A stretch of DNA of 26,030 nt from a virus (taxonomy: Duplodnaviria > Caudoviricetes): IMG/VR virus record IMGVR_UViG_3300037510_000256, positions 1 to 26,030 of that record; one strand, given 5' to 3'. Shown here in pieces: positions 15,691 to 22,677 of this stretch. Each line of letters begins with the position of its first letter. The stretch's first letter is position 1. The translations under genes were made by a program, and so were the position numbers. The notes beneath the pieces were generated by a model. The model was not told the DNA's origin and searched no databases. It worked only from the letters and a program-made list of their open reading frames with translations.

Positions 15691-16639
15691 CCCCACCGAA
15701 GCTTCGATCGCAAAGCTGGACGCATCCAGGGCACGTCGCCTCGGGTCGATGCTGGTGACCGACATCGGCGATTTCCATGAGCCTCGGCAAGTGCTGTTCG
15801 ATCTCGCGAAAGCCGATGCTCGCGCGCTGCTCGAAACGTTCACGAAATCTCGTGAGCGCTATGTGACATCGCCGTTCGATCCGACAGGGCAGAAGCTGAA
15901 GATCTATCGCAAGGGCTACACCATCTGGTCGGGATACCCAGGAGCGGGCAAGACAACAGCCTTGCGGCAGTTGATCAATCACCTGCTGTTCACCAGGGAG
16001 CACGTGTTCGTCGCGTCGCTTGAGGAGCATCCGGTCGACGTGATCGTGCAACTGGCCGGTGTTTGCTTCGGTCGCGAGCTGCCGACGGTGCATCAGTTGC
16101 AGTGGTTCCTGGACTACTACGCCGAGCGGTTAAAGATCTGGGGTGTGACGGGTGTCGCGAGCCACAAGGAACTGCTCGGAACGATCCAAGCCCTTGCCGC
16201 GAAGGGACAGTGCACGCAGGCGTTCATCGATTCGCTGATGTGCATGGACATCAACAGCCAGGACTTCGAGATGCACCGGCGGTTCGCGAATCTCATGGCA
16301 GCAGTGGCGATCGAGTCAGACATCCATCTGCACCTGGTCGCGCATCCGCGTAAGGCCGTGAGCGTCGAGCAGGAGCCCGACTTGAACGATGTGGCCGGCG
16401 GTGCCGATTACGCGCGACTCGCTCACAATGTTGGCTTCTTCCGACGTGGCGCCAATCTCGCGCATGGAAACCACCTGTCGCCGATGAAGCTGGCGCTACG
16501 TAAGCAGCGTTACAGCCCGGCGTATCACGGCGACATCGACGGTTGGTTCAATCGACAGATCCGCCAATTCAAGTTGGATCAGTTCGATCAATTGCCAACT
16601 CAATATCTGCCGCGCGAGGCATACCAGCATGAGCAGTAA
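15677..16639 (+). CDS. SF4 (DnaB/T7 gp4-like) replicative helicase
   Basis: Walker A GYPGAGKTT, ASLEE, FIDSL, HLHLVAHPRK, KQR. Confidence 0.9.
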   Translation: MSTHSPTEASIAKLDASRARRLGSMLVTDIGDFHEPRQVLFDLAKADARALLETFTKSRERYVTSPFDPTGQKLKIYRKGYTIWSGYPGAGKTTALRQLINHLLFTREHVFVASLEEHPVDVIVQLAGVCFGRELPTVHQLQWFLDYYAERLKIWGVTGVASHKELLGTIQALAAKGQCTQAFIDSLMCMDINSQDFEMHRRFANLMAAVAIESDIHLHLVAHPRKAVSVEQEPDLNDVAGGADYARLAHNVGFFRRGANLAHGNHLSPMKLALRKQRYSPAYHGDIDGWFNRQIRQFKLDQFDQLPTQYLPREAYQHEQ

Positions 16640-16763
16640 GCCCCGGTGGCGCTGGGACTGGCGATGCTCGTGGTGGTATCGGAGCACTGATGAGTTTTTC
16701 CAGTTTTGGAGCAGATCGAGCCAAAGAGTCGTCAGTGCGTATCGCACGGGGTCACATGAGTAG
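16629..16763 (+). CDS. 44-aa Trp/Arg-rich small protein (not in the ORF track)
   Basis: MSSKPRWRWDWRCSWWYRSTDEFFQFWSRSSQRVVSAYRTGSHE; GAGG RBS; overlaps both neighbours. Confidence 0.55.
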   Translation: MSSKPRWRWDWRCSWWYRSTDEFFQFWSRSSQRVVSAYRTGSHE

Positions 16764-16968
16764 CCGCGTCAGCCATTACAAGGGGCTTATATCGAATCGA
16801 AACAGGCGTCTGAAGTACGGAGGCTGTGAGTACGTTGACGTGTATCGCGGTGGAAACAAGGCCCGTTTGCTGACGCCGGCCGAGGTTGACGAGTTCCGTG
16901 CGCACATTCAGCGGCTCCTTGATCCATCGTTGCGAACACAGCCGCTGATGCGCCGGAGCATCGTATGA
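16756..16968 (+). CDS. Hypothetical protein (70 aa)
   Basis: Coupled to both neighbours. Confidence 0.6.
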   Translation: MSSRVSHYKGLISNRNRRLKYGGCEYVDVYRGGNKARLLTPAEVDEFRAHIQRLLDPSLRTQPLMRRSIV

Positions 16969-17153
16969 GCGAGCAGGGCACGACAAAGAAGCAGGTCTGG
17001 TACGAGGAATATAAAACCTGTTCGTGCTCGTTCATTGCACGCGATAAGACGGACCTTCCAGGCCATTGCCCGCGGCACCAGACTCCGAAGCGGCGACGTA
17101 TTCGCATCCCTGATCAGAACTACAAGCCGGAGGACATGGGCTATGCAGGGTGA
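16965..17153 (+). CDS. Small CxC...CxxH protein (62 aa)
   Basis: GGAG RBS; ATGA overlap. Confidence 0.7.
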   Translation: MSEQGTTKKQVWYEEYKTCSCSFIARDKTDLPGHCPRHQTPKRRRIRIPDQNYKPEDMGYAG

Positions 17154-17820
17154 GCAAGTGCCGTCGAAGGATCTAGTCGCACGGCTGTGCAGCCGAGTTA
17201 TAGGTGAACCAGGCGGGGAGCCGACGCCGGCCGCTCGGGAATATTTCGCCGAATGGGCCGGAGCGGTAAACGACGGATGGCAGGCTGCCGACGAGATCGA
17301 GCGCCTCCGCAAGCAAGTCGACGAGCTATCTATCCACGCCGAGAAGTGGGTGAGGCGGGCTCTGGAGCAACAGCGAACACCGGCGGATCCAGCGGCCTAC
17401 TACGCCGCCATGAACCGACTGGCGTGGGCTATGCGTAATCCTGCCCTTCAGTGGAAAGAAGGCGAGACGATCGAGAGCGCGTTGATAGACGAGGCGGCGC
17501 GGCGGCTATCAACTCCCGAGCCGAACGCAGAGATCGAGCGCCTGCGCCAGCAGCTCGCCGACTGCAACCACATCATCGAGCTCCAGGCCAAGCGTCTGAA
17601 CGGTGGGAAGCTGCCTGATCGCGGGCCGCTCGCTGCCGAGCCGTGCGATGCATTGATCACACTATCGATGATGATCGGCAGTGAGAAAATCGCCGAAAAT
17701 TTCGGCAGCGTTGCCAGCTATAGAAAGTTCGTTCTTCAGGCGATCTCCGACCTGGAGAACCGAGCTGGTCCACCTCCGAGCGCTGATGATCTGATCCGCG
17801 GCCGAGGTGACGGGGGATGA
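17143..17820 (+). CDS. Modular nin-region protein with two EIERLR coiled-coil modules
   Basis: GGAGG RBS; internal DNA repeat GAGATCGAGCGCCT. Confidence 0.75.
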   Translation: MQGEQVPSKDLVARLCSRVIGEPGGEPTPAAREYFAEWAGAVNDGWQAADEIERLRKQVDELSIHAEKWVRRALEQQRTPADPAAYYAAMNRLAWAMRNPALQWKEGETIESALIDEAARRLSTPEPNAEIERLRQQLADCNHIIELQAKRLNGGKLPDRGPLAAEPCDALITLSMMIGSEKIAENFGSVASYRKFVLQAISDLENRAGPPPSADDLIRGRGDGG

Positions 17821-18197
17821 GGCTCACCGAGCAGGAATACGCTGATCTGATGAAGCGGCGATCGACATCATCGGCTGCGCCAGCGAAGAAGCTGGCAAAG
17901 TATCGGAACGTGCCGTCGATGTCTGCCGACGGCAAGCGCTTCGATTCAAAGCTCGAGCGCGATTACTACGAACAGCTCGTGTTGCGATGGAAGGCCGGCG
18001 AGATCCTGTGGTTCGTACGGCAGGTTACGTTCGAGCTGGAAGGCGGCGTGAAATACCGGGCTGACTTCCTGGTAGTCAATCTTGGTGGTGTTGATGTCGT
18101 GGACACGACTGGGGTTATGACGCCGGCCAAGCGGGACAAGCTCAAACAGATGCTGGCCCGTTACGGAATCGAAGTGCAGGTGGTGAAGTCAGTATGA
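17817..18197 (+). CDS. DUF1064-family PD-(D/E)XK-like endonuclease
   Basis: KYRN....DGKRFDSKLE..YY; Q..FEL; YRADF. Confidence 0.88.
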   Translation: MRLTEQEYADLMKRRSTSSAAPAKKLAKYRNVPSMSADGKRFDSKLERDYYEQLVLRWKAGEILWFVRQVTFELEGGVKYRADFLVVNLGGVDVVDTTGVMTPAKRDKLKQMLARYGIEVQVVKSV

Positions 18198-18649
18198 GCG
18201 CTATAGCGACAACTGAATACGATTGGCGAGTAATTGACTCCATGCTGTGGCAGTGGGGCCATTGGATTGAGGCCCATGCTGATCAGGCCAGTTACCCAAG
18301 CCGTGCAGCAATTGCCGGTGTTGTGGATGTACAAAACAACTTCAGCTGGTTCCGCGTCCATCAGTTCACAGCCAAAGGTCACAGCAATCTGATCTTCGGC
18401 GGCCACCGCATTTTGTGCCAGGACATGCCGGAACGGGTTCGGGTAACGAATCTGATGGTTAATCGACTGTGCGACGAGCAGTACGACGCAGTTCTGGCTC
18501 AGTATGCGCTGGTCTTGAGGCCGGACGGATTGAGGTTCACCAAAGAGCAGAAGGCTACTGCTCTAGACATCTCCGTCGAGGCATTGGAGAGAAGACTGCG
18601 ACGCGCTCGCGAGAGATTGGTAGAAATTCTTGCAAATGCGGCGGTCTAG
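18194..18649 (+). CDS. Q-like late antiterminator/transcription regulator
   Basis: LWQWGHW N-terminal motif, C-terminal HTH (EQKATALDISVEALERRLRRAR); followed by a promoter and terminator. Confidence 0.75.
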   Translation: MSAIATTEYDWRVIDSMLWQWGHWIEAHADQASYPSRAAIAGVVDVQNNFSWFRVHQFTAKGHSNLIFGGHRILCQDMPERVRVTNLMVNRLCDEQYDAVLAQYALVLRPDGLRFTKEQKATALDISVEALERRLRRARERLVEILANAAV

Positions 18650-18658
18650 ATATATGTT
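18630..18658 (+). promoter_or_regulatory. pR'-like late promoter TTGCAA-N17-TATGTT
   Basis: Near-consensus boxes at the end of the Q-like gene. Confidence 0.7.
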
Positions 18659-18685
18659 TTAGGGCACTGGTCAAAGTTATCCCCG

Positions 18686-18710
18686 AACCCCGCCACGAGC
18701 GGGGTTTTTC
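18686..18710 (+). terminator. tR'-like intrinsic terminator
   Basis: AACCCCGC-cacga-GCGGGGTT followed by TTTC. Confidence 0.85.
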
Positions 18711-18791
18711 ATTAGCGCCGCACCCGCCAACATCCCCGAGTTAGTCCTTAGACAACTGGGCGGGCTGCGGCCTTTCTAACCCCGGAGTCTC

Positions 18792-19835
18792 ATGCGCCCG
18801 AACTTCACCGCCTTCATGGTGACGGTTGGCCTGTGCCTGATTTTTACTGGGACGTCGCTCGCTGCCTCGACCCAGACGCTCAGCACGGGTGTGTCGTTAT
18901 GGCGGGGAACGAGCAAGCTGAGTGACTCGATGAATCGGGTTGTGGATCCGGCTACTGGAGTGCTGACCGCGTTGACGCCGGAGAACTGCCCGGGAATCCG
19001 GGATCGGATCATCCAGAAGGACGCACTAACACGCACTACCGGTACAGCGACGTATCGCTGCCAAGTTGACTTGCGAGCTATCGTAACGTTCCAGGCGAAT
19101 CAAACGTGCTCTCCGCCGCGCGCCCCGGTGACTAGGCAGACTGCGTGTCCAAACGATCCGACGCGCACGTTCACACAAACCCAGACATGGACTATCGCGC
19201 CGTATCCGACGTGCGAAGTCGCGGGTGCTTGGCTGCCGGCAACACCACCGGCCGATGCATGCCCACCTACTCAACTGCCTGCACCTACAGGCGTATCAAC
19301 GACCACGATCAGCGCTTCGGAGATCAAGGTTCAGTGGAACGTCGTGCCGGACGCGGTTGCCTATTCGCTGCGCAGATGTATCGGCGGGACATGTGAACCG
19401 CTGGATCGAACGCCGTTGCTGTGTACGCAGATCCTTGAGGCACGTCATACGACGCTGAGCGCGGGCCTGACGGTCAGCTATCGTGTCATTGCATCGAGAA
19501 CTGCCGACTGCAGTACCCAGCTCGGCATTCCGAGCGCAATTGTCACAGGGACGACGGCTACGACAGCAACCGTGACTGATCTAGTTGTGCCGCGTGCCTG
19601 CGCCTCTCGGGTATGTGATGTTAGCTGGACGCCAGAAGGCGCAGCCGACGGGTTCCGGATCTTCTACAGCCGTACTGATGGCATTTGGGCGAATGCCCCA
19701 GTGCAGGTGGCTGGGTCGGTCACGCGAACGAACGTCACCATGCCAGAGACGGGCATTTGGTACTTCGCCGTCAAGGCGTTCATCGGCGGAACTGAAAGCC
19801 CCCTGAGTAATGTCGTGGTACGGGACGTTCAATGA
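18792..19835 (+). CDS. Secreted Cys-rich protein with two fibronectin type III-like domains
   Basis: Signal peptide ending TSLA|A; LPAPTGVS...IKVQWN..Y...YRV and VSW...GFRIFY...WYFAVKAF..ESPLSN; 12 Cys in the mature part. Confidence 0.8.
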   Translation: MRPNFTAFMVTVGLCLIFTGTSLAASTQTLSTGVSLWRGTSKLSDSMNRVVDPATGVLTALTPENCPGIRDRIIQKDALTRTTGTATYRCQVDLRAIVTFQANQTCSPPRAPVTRQTACPNDPTRTFTQTQTWTIAPYPTCEVAGAWLPATPPADACPPTQLPAPTGVSTTTISASEIKVQWNVVPDAVAYSLRRCIGGTCEPLDRTPLLCTQILEARHTTLSAGLTVSYRVIASRTADCSTQLGIPSAIVTGTTATTATVTDLVVPRACASRVCDVSWTPEGAADGFRIFYSRTDGIWANAPVQVAGSVTRTNVTMPETGIWYFAVKAFIGGTESPLSNVVVRDVQ

Positions 19836-20017
19836 GAACGGATTACGTGCGCCAAGCCCTGATCGATAGCGTGAGTCGACAGGACGCGATCGAGATGATT
19901 GCCGGAGCACTACGCTCGGCGCACCGATTGTGTCATCGGCGCAAGTTTGGTGGTGCCAGTCTGGATTTGCTTTGGCGGCACATCAACGGGGTCGGGCCTG
20001 GTCGACGTAGCGCGTGA
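19832..20017 (+). CDS. Small hypothetical protein (61 aa)
   Basis: ATGA overlap; abuts the next gene. Confidence 0.5.
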   Translation: MRTDYVRQALIDSVSRQDAIEMIAGALRSAHRLCHRRKFGGASLDLLWRHINGVGPGRRSA

Positions 20018-20959
20018 ATGGGCATACATATTCTGCGCTCAACCGCGTTGGCTGCGGCTGGAGCCGGTAGCGCTTGGGAAGATGTGACAGTTGGTTATTC
20101 GAGCATGCCCGCGCAGCTCGGCGGCACGGACGGCCGCAAGGTCCGGATGGATCTCACCGGGACGGACTGGGGCACTCAACTCGGGACCGGCGCGTCGGCG
20201 ACACGAATTGTTGGCGGTGCTTACGACGGTACTGATTCGATCCGGCTGATCCCGCCGACGATCGACGACAATTACGCCTGCATCATGCGGTTCTTGGACC
20301 TCAGTAATGGGGGCACTAAGAATGTTTCTCAGGTCAATCTCGGCTTCTGCATTCGCTGGGGTTCGAGATATTGGGATTTGGGTCACACGGCGAAGGTGAC
20401 CGGAATTTTGGGCGCAAATACGCTGGGCGACCTTGGTGTATCGAACGCACGATGTGGGTTCTTTGAAGCGTTCAAGGATGCTGGCGGTGGAGATTTGCGC
20501 CGCGTTCCGTCGGTTACTTCGACCACTCTGGCGAGTTATCACGAGCCGGAGAGCGGCTATTTTCAGGACACTGGCCCTGATACTGACAAGCTCTTCATCC
20601 TGGGCAGCACAAGCAATCACGCCAACAATCCGCCGCTCATTGCGACGGAGTGGCTGTATTGCGAGCAAGAGGTTGACCTGCGGCAAAACCGCGGCAACAC
20701 CAACGGTAGGAATCGCTTGGATGTCTGGGCGCGTGACGGCTATCTAGGGTTTCTCGACATCGAGTTGACCTGGAATCCAGCCTGGGATTTTAGCTACCAG
20801 TACGGCGGGAGCGTCGAGTACATCGGCGGCTACTGGAATCAGCATGCAACCGCCGACGCGAACAACTTCGTCGAAGTGTCGCATCCGATCGTGGCGGTCA
20901 ATCGAGCGAAGGATCAACGCATTGGCCCGCCGACTGGTTCGGTAAACTTTCTCACTTGA
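20018..20959 (+). CDS. Beta-jelly-roll, polysaccharide-lyase/lectin-like protein
   Basis: G..K motif, EW.YCEQEV.L..N.G..NG..DVW.DG, IGGYWN; fold is inferred. Confidence 0.55.
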   Translation: MGIHILRSTALAAAGAGSAWEDVTVGYSSMPAQLGGTDGRKVRMDLTGTDWGTQLGTGASATRIVGGAYDGTDSIRLIPPTIDDNYACIMRFLDLSNGGTKNVSQVNLGFCIRWGSRYWDLGHTAKVTGILGANTLGDLGVSNARCGFFEAFKDAGGGDLRRVPSVTSTTLASYHEPESGYFQDTGPDTDKLFILGSTSNHANNPPLIATEWLYCEQEVDLRQNRGNTNGRNRLDVWARDGYLGFLDIELTWNPAWDFSYQYGGSVEYIGGYWNQHATADANNFVEVSHPIVAVNRAKDQRIGPPTGSVNFLT

Positions 20960-20974
20960 TGATAGTGACCTTAC

Positions 20975-21625
20975 ATGGCTAGCCTGCTCGGAACTCCAGC
21001 TACAGCCACTGGGACGAGCACAAATCCTAACGCTGCCGTAACGATTGCGAGCGGCGCGAATCGAGGGGCGCTCGTATTCATTGTGTGCGCGCTCGATACG
21101 ACCACGGTAACCAGCCCTGGCACGCTCGGCGGTCAGTCATTGCAGTTGGTGGGTGACTATCTAAACATCCACTGCTATCGGGTGATCAATCCGACGGCGG
21201 GCGCAACCACTGCCAGCGCGACGATCTCACCGTCGGACGATTGGGCCATCCATATCCATCCGATGCAGGACGTGGATCAGGTCGACCCGGACGATACTCC
21301 GGTCACCAACACAAACACGGAACAGACGACACTCGAAGCAACCGTGACATCGGCAACGAACGACCACGTCGTTGCCTGCTCAATGATGATCAGCTCAGAC
21401 ATCGCGCCGTCCGCCGGCTCGACACTGTCGACCGAGCAGGAATCGATTATGGGCGCGTTCCGATCATCTATCGCTGTCTACAAGGCGGGCGCATCCAGTG
21501 TCTCATTGGGAGCCAGCACGACCTTCTCGGCGGGAGACAACATCATTTTCGCCGTGAACGTACGGAACGCAGCGGGCGCTGTCGCCGATCCTGTGCTAGG
21601 CCGTCGTATCTACGTGATGCCATGA
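20975..21625 (+). CDS. Thr/Ala/Ser-rich beta-structured putative virion/fibre protein
   Basis: Composition and context; DVDQ..P motif. Confidence 0.6.
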   Translation: MASLLGTPATATGTSTNPNAAVTIASGANRGALVFIVCALDTTTVTSPGTLGGQSLQLVGDYLNIHCYRVINPTAGATTASATISPSDDWAIHIHPMQDVDQVDPDDTPVTNTNTEQTTLEATVTSATNDHVVACSMMISSDIAPSAGSTLSTEQESIMGAFRSSIAVYKAGASSVSLGASTTFSAGDNIIFAVNVRNAAGAVADPVLGRRIYVMP

Positions 21626-21807
21626 TCATCCAGCAATATCTATACGATCCTCTGACGCCAGATCAGCGCGCGCGATTGGAAGAGAGGATCGCGTTGACTG
21701 AGCAGATGCATGACGAGCTTGCGCAGGAGCTGCGCGCATCTCTTCTTGACGAGCGTGAAGCCTGCACGCCGCGGCTTGTTCCTTTCGATCCACGTATCCA
21801 TCAATGA
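21622..21807 (+). CDS. Small helical protein (61 aa)
   Basis: ATGA overlaps at both ends. Confidence 0.7.
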   Translation: MIIQQYLYDPLTPDQRARLEERIALTEQMHDELAQELRASLLDEREACTPRLVPFDPRIHQ

Positions 21808-22142
21808 GCATCGGCACGCCCTACACACGCGGTGCAGGGTACTTTGTCAACAACGTCGGCCTGGTTCGTAAGCAAGAGGCCGATGTTCGAACCTGCACTC
21901 ACTGCCAAGCGGTGATTCTGATGCAGACGTGGAAAGCGGATGGCGGTTTCTGTGGTCGGTGCATGGCGCCGATCTGCGGTCAGTGTGCTGATCGCATGTT
22001 GACGTATGGGTGCGAGCCGTTCCTAAAGAAGCTTGAGCAGGGAATGGAGGCCCGCTATCGCATGGTTCAGTTCTCAAAATTGGCGGGACTCGACAGACCG
22101 CCGCCGGGTTACTCCCCGGCCATCATCGTCGGTGGTAAGTAA
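21804..22142 (+). CDS. Cys-rich zinc-finger-like protein
   Basis: CTHC, CGRC, CGQC plus a further Cys (GCEPF). Confidence 0.8.
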   Translation: MSIGTPYTRGAGYFVNNVGLVRKQEADVRTCTHCQAVILMQTWKADGGFCGRCMAPICGQCADRMLTYGCEPFLKKLEQGMEARYRMVQFSKLAGLDRPPPGYSPAIIVGGK

Positions 22143-22156
22143 CTAGGAGATGTGAG

Positions 22157-22627
22157 ATGTCAACTTTCGGAGCAGAGCGAGGCGGCTTCACGCCATCGAC
22201 CACGAGCGACAACTGGACGCTCGAAGCCAATGCGGCGGGCGAAGTCGGTCTGATCAAGATGTTTTCGTGGGGTGGCCGCGGTACGACCTCGACGGGTTAT
22301 CGCACGCGTTGGACTCGTCCGACGACTAACCCGACCGGTTCGGCAACTGCGATCACAGCTGGTAACGGCAATCCGACCACCGCTTCGGTTTGTCAGGCCG
22401 TTTCCGTCTATGCGACGACTCAGGCGACGTTGGGTGCCGATCCCGCCGGCAACCTGTTCGCGATCGACTGGAACGTCGTCGGCGGTGGTGGCGCTATTGT
22501 GCTGCCGCTGGGCGGTGAGTGGATGGTCGTGAACTCCGCTACCGCGGGTCACGGCTATATCAGCTGCCGCAATGTCGCGGGCACGGATGCGAGTTTGTCT
22601 TCGTACGGGCTCACTTGGTCGGAGTGA
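22157..22627 (+). CDS. 156-aa beta-rich putative structural subunit
   Basis: Strong AGGAG RBS; G/T/A-rich; C-terminal YGLTWSE. Confidence 0.75.
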   Translation: MSTFGAERGGFTPSTTSDNWTLEANAAGEVGLIKMFSWGGRGTTSTGYRTRWTRPTTNPTGSATAITAGNGNPTTASVCQAVSVYATTQATLGADPAGNLFAIDWNVVGGGGAIVLPLGGEWMVVNSATAGHGYISCRNVAGTDASLSSYGLTWSE

Positions 22628-22648
22628 TCTGACGATCGTTCTCTGATG

Positions 22649-22666
22649 GCGCCCCTTCGGGGGCGC
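22649..22666 (+). terminator. GC hairpin with UUCG loop (attenuator or mRNA stabiliser)
   Basis: GCGCCCC-TTCG-GGGGCGC; weak U-tract. Confidence 0.55.
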
Positions 22667-22677
22667 TTGAGGGTTTC

